64,000 nucleotides of DNA from Octopus vulgaris (taxonomy: Eukaryota). The position numbers and the translations under genes are program-made. The stretch is from contig OX597837.1 in NCBI GenBank assembly GCA_951406725.2, forward strand, positions 43,028,001 to 43,092,000, written 5' to 3'. Each line of letters begins with the position of its first letter. The first letter of the stretch is position 1. Below are positions 26,919 to 40,272 of the stretch, piece by piece. The notes beneath the pieces are model-generated. The model ran no database searches and was not told the origin of the DNA. It saw nothing but the letters and a program-made list of their open reading frames with translations.

Positions 26919-26920
<2 letters not shown>
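26697..26920. mobile_element. Short repeat with inverted segment and hammerhead 3'-half remnant, between (TA)n tracts
   Basis: 27-bp perfect inverted repeat 26697-26723 / 26814-26840. Minus strand at the junction reads UGAAGA-cau-GAAA-CGAUU-GUAG. Confidence 0.5.
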
Positions 26921-26965
<45 letters not shown>

Positions 26966-27057
26966 CTTATACATATAAATTGTAATATATATGTATTTTA
27001 TATATACACGCATATACACACACACGCGCACACATATTTATATATACATACATACAC

Positions 27058-27091
<34 letters not shown>

Positions 27092-27907
27092 GTGTGTGTA
27101 CGTAGTTATGTAATGTATGTAATGTATGTGTGTGTGTATGAACGAATGTATGCATTGATTCCAAATTAACTAGTGGCATTGTTCGAAAAATTCATTTTGT
27201 TTTCGTTTTGACAATTTGTCATTAGCACTACTCCATATTTATCTGAGAACTCCTCTGTCGTTTTAAATGCTTAAAATCCTCATTGACTCCCTGCCATAGT
27301 TGATTACATGAAGAAAGACAAATATTGTTATCGATTTTCGTCGTTGAAAATTTCTTAATATTTGTTTTATTTCTTCTTCCAAAATTTTGTCTTTTGTTGC
27401 AGTTTGTTATCGCAATGTTTAAGAAACAACATCGTTTTGTGTACTATTTGTAAAGAACTCTAAGCACAGTACGCTGAAAACCAAAACAAGAATCTGTTTG
27501 CTTCACAAACACGATATAATACTGTCTTTTTGTCGTCAAGTTCACTATCATCAGACGTATTGTTTTGGAGGAAATTGAATCGCAAATGTAAAAAGAATAT
27601 TTTTTTTTAAAGAAATCGAAAACATAATGAAAGATAGGAAATATACAAGAAAATATATTGTATTTTTTTTATATAAATTTTTCATAGTAAGGCAGTCAGT
27701 GTAAATACCGGTAGGTGAAGAGTACACGAAAGTACACGCCGCCGACCAAAACATATATATCCTTTGTTGCTGTTTTAATGATGAGTAACGCTAAAGTTTT
27801 ATACACACACACCGTATGAAAAAGAAAGCTACACTTGCCCGTCTAGCTGTCTCTCTATCAGCTTCTGGTAAATTTTGTCTTTATGTATGGTTGTATGTAT
27901 GCATGTA

Positions 27908-27946
<39 letters not shown>

Positions 27947-28005
27947 ATATCTGTCTCTCTGCTTGTCTGTCTATCTATGTTTACATATATATACATATAT
28001 ATATG

Positions 28006-28117
<112 letters not shown>

Positions 28118-28129
28118 CGTTTATATATT

Positions 28130-28436
28130 TGTTGTGCAAGATTTTTTATGTGAAGTCGTGTGTTGAAACAGATATTGTTATATTTCGGAATGGTCATTTT
28201 TCCAGTTTAGCCAATAAAAACACACGCACTATATATTTGGTGTTATTTTGCTTCAGTGTTATTTATTTTTTACATTAATCTTAATCTTATTTCGGCCAGA
28301 GTGTGACGAAAGAACTCTAGCCGAAATAAGATTAAGATTAATGTAAAAAATAAATAACACTGAAGCAAAATAACACCAAATATATAGTGCGTGTGTTTTT
28401 ATTGGCTAAACTGGAAAAATGACCATTCCGAAATAT

Positions 28437-28444
<8 letters not shown>
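28130..28444 (-). mobile_element. Fold-back palindromic insertion of a hammerhead-type repeat (family E)
   Basis: 131-bp arms 28172-28302 / 28314-28444 with one mismatch. On the minus strand the centre is a 9-bp stem followed by GAAA-UAAG-AUU. Confidence 0.75.
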
Positions 28445-28489
<45 letters not shown>

Positions 28490-28491
28490 CA

Positions 28492-29302
28492 CTAGACTAG
28501 CCGCGACCCGTTGGGACCCCTGGAATGTCTGAGTCTCCCAGTAACGGAATTTTGTTTCGTGAGTTTTTAAAAAAATCTTTTCCAGGTTATTTCGCACGCT
28601 GTCAACGAATGTGACATCGAAATCATGCGTAAACGGCCCCTTTCTCCGGAAAAGGAAAGATTTGGTTGCAATTTTCTGCACTCCTGTTACCACGTAGCTG
28701 GTATTTCGGGTACTGTATTGCAGGTAGCTGTTATATTGTAGCAGGGCGGGCTAGAAATAACACCCAAATCTTTGGAGCTGAGATTCGTTGAACGCACTCG
28801 AAAAAAACTTCTGGAAAAAATTATTTCACAGTTCTTTTATGAAATATTTACCATATTTTTAAAGACATTTACACTTTAAAATAGTTTTTAAATGTGCCAA
28901 AAGCAATTTTGTAATGGTATTCACTTGAAAATAATATTAAAAAACATAAAAATATTGTCTATTTAAAGAAAGCTAAAATATAAATACTTACTGTAGAAAC
29001 AACTTACGTTTTTCAAATCATTCGCTTAAAAATATTTCTAAATGATTAAAATATTGTGTACGTCAAAAAGTCGGTGTTTTTTTCTTAAAGAGTCATAGAG
29101 AGAGAGAGAGAGAGAGAATGCGAAGACTATGTGTGTGTATATGTCACAGATAGCGTACGTGTGTTTGTGTTGATTCACGTTACATGACATTCATTATCTG
29201 TGTATGTATTTTGTATGTGTGTATGTGTGTTGACGTCACGGAAGTCATATAAGAAATAAGTAAGGAAAATTGTGCTTAATCGTTTTCATTTATAAATATA
29301 GA
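28492..29302 (-). mobile_element. Non-autonomous Helitron-like element
   Basis: Minus strand begins A|TCTATATTTATAAATG and ends with a GC-rich hairpin (CCGTT..GGGA / GTCCCAACGG) and CTAG|T. Confidence 0.65.
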
Positions 29303-29828
29303 TCCAAATAAAAATTCATACTGTATAAAATATGGAAATATATATGCAAAAAAATTAAGATAAAATATACTATTTCTCAGATATTTCGGGTACAAAAAAA
29401 AATCTTCTAGAGTTTTAGTATTACTAAGTTATATATAATTATTTCGAGGGTATAAATACCTCTTAAATGGATGCCAGCATCCAGGTTCCCCGGTTTTATC
29501 CGGTGTATCAGTGAAATAGTTAAAGATACTAGCTTCACATTGATGGATATAGGTATATTACCATTTCTGTATGAAGGAGAGAAAATGGAGAAATTGATAT
29601 GCAGACATCAGTTTATGGAAACAACTCTAATTTCAAACAATATCGAACTCAGAGATTCTACGATCGTTTCCATGCCCAATTAATTTAAATTAGAAAAATT
29701 AGATTAGAGAATCATAGTGAATATAAAGCTAATTGAACATCTCGTCAGGTCCAGAACTAGATAGGAAAAGGAACTACATTCCAATGTGTTGATATATCAT
29801 TGGTAAACTCTGTATTAAATTCAGATAG

Positions 29829-30155
29829 TGAAGGCGCGTGGCTTAGTGGTTAGGGGCATTCGGCTCTCGATCACAAGGTCGTGAGTTCAATTCCCAGTGA
29901 CGCGTTGTGTCCTTGAGCAAGACACTTTACTTCACGTTGCTCCAGTCCACTCAGCTGCCAAAAATGAGTAGTACCTGAATTTCAAAGGGCCAGCCTTGTC
30001 ACATTCTGTGTGTCACGTTGAATCTCCCCGAGAACTACGTTAAGGGCACACGTGTTTGTGGAGTGCTCAGCCACTTACACGTTAATTTCACGAGCAAGCT
30101 GTTTCGTTGATCGTATCAGCTGGGACCCTCGTCGTCGCAACCGACGGAGTGCTCC
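29829..30155 (+). mobile_element. tRNA-derived SINE (V-domain-like), full length
   Basis: A box TGGCTTAGTGG, B box GAGTTCAATTCC, GTGTCCTTGAGCAAGACACTT segment. The head is related to 13152-13400 and the tail is shared with 35830-35975. Confidence 0.85.
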
Positions 30156-30644
30156 TATAAATTCAGATATGTGTGTTCATGCATTTTAATGTATTTTTTA
30201 AAAACCGTTACTTGTGTATATGCAATTTTGTTTAAGTGTATTTGTGCGCATGCGTGTGTGTGTGTTAACGTGTTGAAAAACACAGGAGCCGTTAGATTAC
30301 TTAAGCGATATTTTCAATACAGTTAATTGTAATTAAAAACGTTTATTCCTAATTTTCATTATTATTTGTGAGAGCAGGAAATGTCAGCAGTTTTTAATTA
30401 CTTAAGAATTATATTGTAAGTCACATCGTTAAAACCACTAATTAATTATTAAATATTAATTTTTATTTTTATAATTCAAAACATAAATTATAGTTACTAT
30501 AAACTAAGTACCGCACGACCATTACAACATTCAGTTTATTTACATAACACTGTAGCCGTATGTTAGGTTTTTTTAAATTTTCTATTATGAAGTCCACTAA
30601 GAATTATTTTTTAAGCCTTTTCGTTATAATTGTTAGTACTCATT

Positions 30645-30835
30645 TACCCTTTACTCTTTTACTTGTTTCAGTCATTTGACTGTGGCCATGCTGCAGGACT
30701 TATTCTTTGTAAGCCTAGTACTTATTCTCTATCGGACTCTTTTGCCGAACCGCTAAGTTACGGGGACATAAACACACCAGCATCGGTTGTCAAGCGATGT
30801 TGGGGAACAAATACAGACATACAAACGTATACACA

Positions 30836-30883
<48 letters not shown>

Positions 30884-31045
30884 GTTTACGACGGGCTTCT
30901 TTCAGTTTCCGTCTACCAAATCCACGAACAAGGCTTCGGTCGGCCCGAGTCTACATTAGAAGACACTCGCCCAAGGTGTCACGCAGTGTGAGTGAACCCG
31001 AAACCATGTGGTTGGTAAGCAAGCTACTACCACACAGTCACTCCT
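30645..31045 (-). mobile_element. SINE family B with internal deletion
   Basis: Reverse complement match to family B. Confidence 0.85.
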
Positions 31046-31337
31046 ACAACTATTACCATATTAGTATTAGTATTAATAATTAAATACTAACTTATTTAAT
31101 ATAATTTACATCACAAACGTATCTAATGTTTAGCGCATACTACGTAACGATGACGAATTCAAACTGTTTACTATTCACCATATCTGTATACTACGTCACC
31201 AAGGTTAGAGCACAATATATTTTCTATTATAATAATGAAAAAATGTCTAACTTGCACAGAATCAGTAGAACCCATTGTAATATCAAAACCATCACAACTA
31301 TCTTTTTTAATCCAATATTGGTTATCAAACTTTATAG

Positions 31338-31572
31338 CCTATTTCTTTACTGCCCACAAGGGGCTAAACACAGAGGGAACAAACAAGGACAGATAAACGG
31401 ATTATGTCGATTATATCGACCCCAGTGCGTAACTGGTACTTATTTAATCGATCCCGAAAGGATGAAAGGCAAAGTCGACCTCGGCGGAATTTGAACTCAG
31501 AACGTAACAGCAGACAAAATACGGCTACGCATATCGCCCGGCGTGCTAACGTTTCTACCAGCTCACCGCCTT
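31338..31572 (-). mobile_element. SINE family A, head plus one unit
   Basis: Reverse complement match to family A. Confidence 0.9.
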
Positions 31573-32396
31573 TATAGCCGTTTACCTGGTAGCTAAAATT
31601 ATGTTAATTCCTTCCATACATAATTTTAAGGTATTCGTAGCGAACAAAAGAACCTTATTTAATACTATTTGGTTAATTGAGGAGTAATAACTGTCAATAT
31701 CAATTTGTACAAATTTATTTCTACTTTTGTACTTCATACTATTAAACTATTATATTACTTTATGAGTATTAGACCAGAGCTGTAACCTTATCTTTTTCTT
31801 AAGTATAGGTAATACCTACCTAAAATAGCTTTACTTAGTAGGATTTCCATAAAAAATTGTCTTTATGGTCATTTCAGATAAACTTAGGTCTTTTTGGAAG
31901 AAAAGGTTCAGTTTTATCATCCAATTTATAACATTTAAAAACAAAAACAAAAAAAGAACAGGAAAAGAGAGAGAGAGAGATAAGAAAGGTAAAGAAAGAA
32001 AAAAAGGGGTGGGGTTAAGCAGCAGAAGATAGAGGGGGAGGGAAGAAACGGGCCGCACACCCCAGAACAAATGTTGTACTCAGTCGCATTCCGTGGTAAT
32101 AATTGCGGTGGCACTGCTACGGAAAATGGCCAAAGACACTCGCTGTAGTAACCACTCCACTTCACGGGGCTCGTTTCTCCGATGGGCCGCCGTTATCCCG
32201 CAAGTGAGGGGGGTCTGAGAACACGTGACATCTCGACGATGATCTGCACCAATTGATAGCAGCTGGTCAAACTGCTGTTTTTGTTGATTTTATATTTCAG
32301 TCTCATTCCAATTCATATCAAACATCTTTTGACCTTTCATAATATCTGTAGTTTGTAGTCAACACGTGGAGTTGATCTGCGTGTATAGTTGATAGT

Positions 32397-32815
32397 AGTG
32401 GCTGTGTGGTAAGTAGCTTGCTTACCAACCACATGGTTCCGGGTTCAGTCCCACAGCGTGGCACCTTGAGCACGTGTCTTCTACTACAACCTCGGGTCGA
32501 CCAAAGCCTTGTGAGTGGATTTGGTAGACGGAAACTGAAAGAAGCCCGTCGTATATATGTATATATATATGTTTGTGTGTGTGTGTGTGTGTGTGTATAT
32601 GTTTGTATGTCTGTGTTTGTCCCCCCCCCAACATCGCTTGACAACCGATGCTGGTGTGTTAACGTCCCTGTAACTTAGCGGTTCGGCAAAAGAGACCGAT
32701 AGAATAAGTACTAAGCTTACAAAGTCTATGTCCTGGGGTCGGTTTGCTCGACTAAAGGCGGTGCTCCAGCATGGCCACAGTCAAATGACTGAAACAAGTA
32801 AAAGAGTATAAAAGA
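32397..32815 (+). mobile_element. SINE family B, full length
   Basis: Near-consensus copy. Confidence 0.9.
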
Positions 32816-33764
32816 GTGGATAAGTTTTGATCGTTTAAATTTTGGAAAGCTCTTTTTCAGCCTTTCACATCTGTAACCAGCAGAATTCGAAGAATTCCCA
32901 TATCAATTAGAATATTAACCATAACGTCTTCTAATTTATTGCAAAAACCGAATTCAATAACATCGTTCTGAGGATTCCCTATTGTAATTTTCCCCACGCT
33001 GTCTTCCAGCACTTCTATCAACCCTAATAAATTAAATGTTAGAGCGTCCATTGTATTTTATAACCGAAGCCTATTTTTCACAATGGTCGAGCTCCATGAT
33101 GCATGGTTCTTTGACCAATTTTGCAATATCATATACAAAGCCAAACACTTGATTTATTTCTTCCATTTTTCTCAAATGTATTTTGTTTTGTCCGACAAAT
33201 CCACAATTGTAGAATAAAATAAAATAAAATAAAATATAATTCAAGTTGAAAATCTCAATTGTGGATCACCTAATGGTTAATCCCTTGGCTCATAATCGTG
33301 AATCATCATTATTTTCCCTCTCTAAATTCGTTTCTTGGTTTCAAATATTGTGAATGTTCCAGCGCTGTTTGCTAATTCACGTGAATGACATTTTTTGTTT
33401 CAATTGACATCAGAATTTTTACAAACTTGTAAAAAGTTTGATAATAATCTTAGTTGAAGAATAAAACAAAGGTCACATTATTTTTTATTATACCGTACGA
33501 GCTTATTAGTAACTTTAATTTTATTCAGAATTAAGTGCCAAATATCAAGAGAGATAATAAATTTAAACTTGTAACTGACCTTGTCTGACATTGTTTTGTG
33601 GTTCGGATATCTTCAGCGAGAGAAATGTTTTCCGTTTCAACTAATTCGTCGCATATTCGTCCTCGTTGATAAAAGTGTCGTTGTAGCTTCACTCGACTTT
33701 ATCGTTTTGTATAATTCTGTGATTTATGTCAACAGTTTCATCATGTGTAAGGAATATAAAACAC

Positions 33765-34175
33765 TGAGCTGCCATAATCGTTAGCACGCCGGAAAAAATG
33801 TTTAGCGGCATTTCGTCCGTCTTTTACGTTCTGAGTTTATATCTCACCTATCATCATTTCGATGTAGATAAAACATATACCAGTTGAGTATTGAGTCCCA
33901 CGGGATTGACCTAACCACGGGCCCGAGATTTCTTGCCTTGTGCTAAAATCTGAAACTAATCGGATTAAGGACTATACTCTAGCGATGTCACGAACTTGAA
34001 AAGAAGTTGGGTGAGAGGAACGAAGCAGGCATGGCTCTCGGTTTGCAACCGCGTAGTTCCGAGTTCCATCCCACTGCACGTAACTTCGGGCAAGTGTTTT
34101 TTTTTACTATAGTCCCGAACTGACCAATGCCTTGTGAGTTCATTTGGTAGACAGAAGGTGTGGAAACGCGTGTAT
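33765..34175 (+). mobile_element. Decayed SINE-A (33765-33960) and SINE-B head (34024-34175)
   Basis: Diverged matches to both family heads. Confidence 0.6.
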
Positions 34176-34181
34176 ATATAC

Positions 34182-34237
<56 letters not shown>

Positions 34238-34240
34238 ATG

Positions 34241-34435
34241 TGACCTCATGTGTACCGTTGGCGAATTTTTTTCCTCCGTCTTCCCTTCTCTGGATCTTTC
34301 CTTCTATGTTTCCGACGAAGAGCTCCGGTCGAAACGTTAAACCCTCCTTCTTTCCTGAGCGTCCAATAATACTATATTTGTTTCACGTCCTCGCGTTGTT
34401 GTGTTTTTTTGTGCTTTCTTGTTTGGATTAACTTT
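34241..34435 (+). mobile_element. Hammerhead-bearing short repeat, family HB, 3' end at (TA)n
   Basis: 34308-34342 reads GUUU-CCGACGA-A-GAGC-ucc-GGUC-GAAACGUU-AAAC. Shares the 3' end GTTTGGATTAACT with 38105-38346 and 50625-50802. Confidence 0.75.
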
Positions 34436-34446
34436 ATATATGTATA

Positions 34447-34486
<40 letters not shown>

Positions 34487-34488
<2 letters not shown>

Positions 34489-34628
34489 TGTGGTTGTGCT
34501 GAAAAATTCCTGGCTTTATGTAAAATAAAATACGGGAGGATCAGTTAATTATGAATTTATTAAACATATGCCCACCTCTCAGATCCGCACACTTATTGCA
34601 GCGCTCCTTCAGTTTTTCTGAACGCCAC
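34487..34628 (-). mobile_element. mariner 3' end remnant
   Basis: EKLKERCNKCADLRGG resembles the mariner KLxxRWxKCVxxxG C-terminus; GTGCTGAAAAATTCCTGGC is a TIR-like end. Confidence 0.55.
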
Positions 34629-34835
34629 AATTTTCTATATATCAAAAGGCCAAGAAATCTAACTTTAAACCACTTTTTAATAAATCCGATAACGGAAGAA
34701 ACGCTAAAAATAAAAATAAAATATAAAGAAAAGTATATATAATCAGTCAACATTTTGACTACTTTATTATTCTAAATATATAATATATGTGCATCACTTC
34801 AGACTGTCTCTCTCTCCCTCTCTCTCTCTCTCTCA

Positions 34836-34919
<84 letters not shown>

Positions 34920-35590
34920 TCTAGTAAACTCCTTAATGGAAATTATCATGGAGTTATCTTATCCCCTGCGAAGTGATTAGCGAATTTTGGAATTTAAATG
35001 TAATTGAATTGCTTATGGGGTTAGGTTACTGAAATTCGGAGACTGTTGAATAGTGTATGCAGGGAATGACTTGGAAACATCCCAGCGGACCAAATATTTG
35101 AATATTAAAATAATCAAAGCTGTCGTTTCGGTATTTATCGCAGTTATCTGGCCTCAGTACAATACTGCTGACTATAGCTATTCTTTATTGCAAAGAGCAT
35201 ACATACATACACTCACATACGCATGCACAAACACACATACATACATACATACATATATGCTTATAAATATATATATGTATATATATATATAATATATATG
35301 ATATATACATATAAACCATATAGTTTATAGATTAGAGGCACATATTCTCTGTATAGAATATACTTCGTAGCAATGAAAAGATTTGAACTTGAACATTTAG
35401 AGGAGAACATGTAAGGACAAGTAAATCCCGATATCAGTTCTAATCTGTATAAATCGGACTTTCTTTTATATTTATACATATGTACATTTTTCTATTAAAT
35501 GCATTTAATATTTTTTTTGTATATCGACTTGCCTAACTTGTTTGTACTTAGGTTTATCATAAATTATATATGAATATATAAATATATATA

Positions 35591-35975
35591 TGGAGGCGCA
35601 ATGGCCCAGTGGTTGCGGTCGTAGGATCGCGGTTTTGATTCCTAGACTAGGCGTTGTGAGTGTTTATTGAACAAAAATACCTAAAACTCTACGAGACCGC
35701 GACCTGGAATTTTGTCAGTGAAAAGCAACGAAAATATTTTGGGAAATTAAATTGTAGGTGACGAACCCTGCTCTACTCTTTCACCACAGTTTTCTCTCAC
35801 TCTTTCTTCCTGTTTCTGTTGTACCAGTATTTCAAAGGGGGACAGCCTTGTCACACTCTGTGTCACGCTGACATTATGGTAACTTATATTATATTATGTG
35901 AGTGTTTATTGAACGAAAACACCTACTTACACGTTGATTTCACGAGCAGGCTGTTCTGTAACCGACGGAGTGCCA
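35591..35975 (+). mobile_element. tRNA-derived SINE (family D head), rearranged
   Basis: TGGAGGCGCAATGGCCCAGTGGTT..GGTTTTGATTCC head shared with 40273-40620 and 44839-45185. Confidence 0.7.
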
Positions 35976-35979
35976 CGAC

Positions 35980-36014
<35 letters not shown>

Positions 36015-36016
<2 letters not shown>

Positions 36017-36078
36017 GGGTAAAGACCCCCTTCGGTCATGAATGACCATGGGATTGCACCTAGAAAGTTACCCTCCTA
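36015..36078 (-). mobile_element. Terminal fragment of a further interspersed repeat (also 46480-46675, 62569-62745)
   Basis: AAGACCCCCTTCGGTCATGAATGACCATGGGATTGCACCTAGAAAGTTACCCTCC-like sequence occurs three times with a common end; orientation inferred. Confidence 0.7.
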
Positions 36079-36091
36079 GACACACACACAC

Positions 36092-36172
<81 letters not shown>

Positions 36173-36968
36173 TGCATGCTTGCGTGGGTTTGTGCTCGTC
36201 AATATGTATACTTATACATGTGTCCGTGTGATAAAATACTGTCTTGTTAAAATAGTTAACCAGTTCCCATTTTGCTATAATAACCATAACCACATTATTC
36301 ACTACAGAGAATAGAATGGAAAAACCTGATTGATTTACTTGAATTAACTCCTCAAAACTTATAAAAGTAACCAAAAAACACAAGAGAGACACCAAAACCC
36401 TACCTATTGCCTATAGACTACTGTCATATTTACCATCAATTTATAAACATACGAAGCTAAGACATTTATACGTTACAAATTGCTAGGTTGCTCACTTGGA
36501 AAATAACGTCTTACTAAAGCAAAAAAAGAAAAAAGTTTGCTTGAATATAGAAAAAATAATATATTACTCACCCAACAAAACTAAAGAAAAAAAAAAGCAA
36601 CAACAAATGTCTAGAGTTGTTAAACCGAGCAGTTATGGAAGGCACCAAAAATAGAAATAAAAAGAATCTAAGGTTGACATGTATTTCTCAACGAAACGTA
36701 TTTGGCAGCGCAGTGTATCATAGTTTTGGACACTGGAGACTCGGTGCGTAAACAAACCACTCCAATATTAAGACAGTACGTCAAATACGCCATGTCAAAA
36801 TAGAAAACATTAATAAAATTTCTTGATAAAAAAACAAATAATATATTAAAAAACGCGACTCCATCCCCACAAGATGAAGAAATTTACAAGGATAGTTCGT
36901 TATCTCCCACAGTTTTTCAGTCTAAAGCTGACTCCATTAACAAATTGGCAGAAAAAAACCACTAATGG

Positions 36969-37028
<60 letters not shown>

Positions 37029-37102
37029 TATATACATTTATATATACATATATATATATATATATACATTTATATATACATATATATATATATATATACA
37101 TT

Positions 37103-37149
<47 letters not shown>

Positions 37150-37237
37150 TATATATATATATATATTATAAGGGATGTTCAAAATACGAACAATTTTCTG
37201 TACGTGCATGATTTAAAACTCCTTCTATTTCTCTCTC

Positions 37238-37310
<73 letters not shown>

Positions 37311-37410
37311 AAGCACATATATATATACATATATATATGTATAGATATAGATATATGTATACATATAATATACATATATATATATATATAAATATAATAT
37401 ATATAATATA

Positions 37411-37586
37411 TAGGCGCAGGAGGCGCAGGAGTGGCTGTGTGGTAAGTAGCTTGTTTACCAACCACATGGTTCCGGGTTCAGTCCTACTGCGTGGCACCTT
37501 GGGCAAGTGTCTTCTACTGTAGCCTCGGGCCGACCAAAGCCTTGAGAGTGGATTTGGTAGACGGAAACTGAAAGAAGCCCGTCGGA

Positions 37587-37629
<43 letters not shown>

Positions 37630-37855
37630 GTGTGTATGTTTGTGTGTCTGTGTTTGTCCCCCTAGCATTACTTGACAACTGATGCTGGTGTGTTTTTGTT
37701 CCCGTCACTTAGCAGTTCGGCAAAAGAGACCGATAGAATAAGTACTGGGCTTACAAAGAATAAATCCCGGGGTCGAGTTGCTCGATTAAAGGCGGTGCTC
37801 CAGCATGGCCGCAGTCAAATGACTGAAACAAGTAAAAGAGAGAAAAAGAAAAAGA
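37411..37855 (+). mobile_element. SINE family B, full length
   Basis: Near-consensus copy with duplicated AGGCGCAGG 5' end. Confidence 0.9.
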
Positions 37856-37936
37856 GATATATATGAATTATATATTTACACACACATATATATATGTATA
37901 TAATATATATATATGATTTATAACATATAATATATG

Positions 37937-37973
<37 letters not shown>

Positions 37974-37987
37974 TACATATATATATA

Positions 37988-38042
<55 letters not shown>

Positions 38043-38104
38043 CATATATACACACACACACAAAGAGATTAAAGTTTTGTACGAAATTAATAAATTTCAC
38101 TACT

Positions 38105-38341
38105 GTAAAAGCCTGAAAACGCCTGGAACGAAGCTTGTGATCGCGTGTGTACCGTTGGTGATATTTTCCCTCCGTTTTCTCTTCCTTGGATCTTTCCTTT
38201 TCCTATGTTTCTGACGAAGAGCTCCGCTCGAAACGTTAAATCCTCCTTCTTTCATTCCTTTCCTGAGCGTCCAATAATAATATATTTGTTCCACACGTCC
38301 TCGCGTTGTTGTGTTTTCTCTTTGTGTTTTCATGTTTGGAT

Positions 38342-38346
<5 letters not shown>
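38105..38346 (+). mobile_element. Hammerhead-bearing short repeat, family HB, longest copy
   Basis: 38207-38241 reads GUUU-CUGACGA-A-GAGC-ucc-GCUC-GAAACGUU-AAAU: canonical boxes, 4-bp stem II, palindromic ACGU. Confidence 0.8.
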
Positions 38347-38434
<88 letters not shown>

Positions 38435-38441
38435 TCTCTAA

Positions 38442-38520
<79 letters not shown>

Positions 38521-38632
38521 CACTACATTTTACCGTTGGGAAAAGTTTCAAGCTTAAAGCAAAATGTGTAAATACATCATTATCAGATCAACTCAAAAGC
38601 TCCCCCAACTGCACAATTTATGTGTGTGCGTG

Positions 38633-38687
<55 letters not shown>

Positions 38688-39161
38688 GTGTGTGTGTGTG
38701 CTTGGAGCGATACTCTGCTTATTAGATGTATAGTAATTATATATAGTTATAACTGCCTCTACTAAAAAAGGTTCCAAACTTCTGGAATATGCCTTGTATT
38801 TTGATCATGAATTCATTGGAAAAACTTTTTAAAAAAACACACACACACAGACGCACAGACAAACATACACACAGATGCATACACAACACACATACACACG
38901 CACACACCAACAGTCACACATACACATACAACACAAACACACACATACACACACAACATACAAACACGCACAAAAATACACATACACGCACACACAAAAG
39001 AAATACCCATACACACACACACTCAAACATACACACACACATTCAAACATACACACACACACACACACACCAACAGTCACACATACACATACAACACAAA
39101 CACACACATACACACTACACATACACGCACACACAAAAGAAATACCCATACACACACTCAA

Positions 39162-39211
<50 letters not shown>

Positions 39212-39656
39212 TTTTATATAGCAAGCTAGACATGAATTCTATAGCGATATAAAAACTGAAATCACGAGTTCGACTTGTGCGTCTAAGTTAATCAAAGAAG
39301 AGACAAATTTATTAAATTAATTAAAATTAATTAAAAATTCAAAATACTAATTTAAGATTTAGACAATACGATCAAAGATTTAGAACTAAGAATAGATCAA
39401 TCTTTGAAAGTGCTTAAGAAGATACGAAGCTGATAAGATTAAGCAGATATGTGATAAAATGGAAGAGGAGAATCGAGAAAAGTGTTCTCCTGAGGTTATT
39501 GCAGAAAGGCCATGCTTATACAGGTACATAATCGATTTTCCGGATTTTTTGTTCTCAGAGCCTTTCCGGATTGCTGATTTTTCCGAGTTTAGGGGGTGGG
39601 TGGTAATCGCCCTGTTGACTCAAAATTAAACAGATATTAAAGTTAGTTAAGTAAAT

Positions 39657-40035
39657 AGGCCGCGGGCGTGGCTGTGTAGTAAGAAGTTTGCATCCCCCGC
39701 CACATGGTTCTGTGTTCATTTCCACTGCATGGTATCTTGGACATCGATTTTCCTCTTCCATTCTATCACATCTGCTTAAGGCGGCGAGCTGGCAGAATCG
39801 TTAGCACGCCGGGCGAAATGCTTAGAGGTATTTCGTCTGCCGCTACGTTCTGAGTTCAAATTCCGCCGAGGTCGACTTTGCCTTTCATCTTTTCGGGGTC
39901 GATAAATTAAGTACCAATTAATTAAGTCCTTGTTTGTCCCCTCTGTGTTTAGCCCCTTGTGGGTAATAAAGAAATAGGTATTTCGTCTGCCTTTAATCCT
40001 TTCGGGGTCATAAATGAAGTACCAGGTGAGTACTG
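39657..40035 (+). mobile_element. Truncated SINE-B head (39657-39741), 36-bp inverted filler, then SINE-A (39778-40035)
   Basis: Matches to both families; the filler matches 39439-39476 in reverse. Confidence 0.75.
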
Positions 40036-40272
40036 GTGTGTGTGTGTATACACATGTGTATGTGTGTCTTTGTATTTGCCTCTACTTCTGTTTGACAACC
40101 TGTATTTGTTTACTTACGTTCTTGTAGTCTCCAGTAGAAAGATTATTAATGCAATACTTTGCAAGGTACTAGTCTGTTTAAGGTACCATTTGTCTAGTCT
40201 GGCGGCCACGGGAATTTTAAGCTCGTGTTCCTGTTGATGCTGTTACTGTTGAGCGAACGGTCTTCGTCCCAG

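Noticed and set aside
29829-29905. Functional tRNA genes at SINE heads (also 51660-51734, 57560-57660)
   Set aside because: Acceptor and T stems do not close, and the heads continue into repeat bodies without a Pol III terminator.
32857-33051. 64-aa minus-strand ORF in unique DNA
   Set aside because: No recognisable motif or splice context; the length is within chance expectation.
39360-39630. Coiled-coil-like peptide (IKDLELRIDQSLK / DKIKQICDKMEEENRE), possible LINE ORF1 relic
   Set aside because: Short, frameshifted and without a diagnostic motif.
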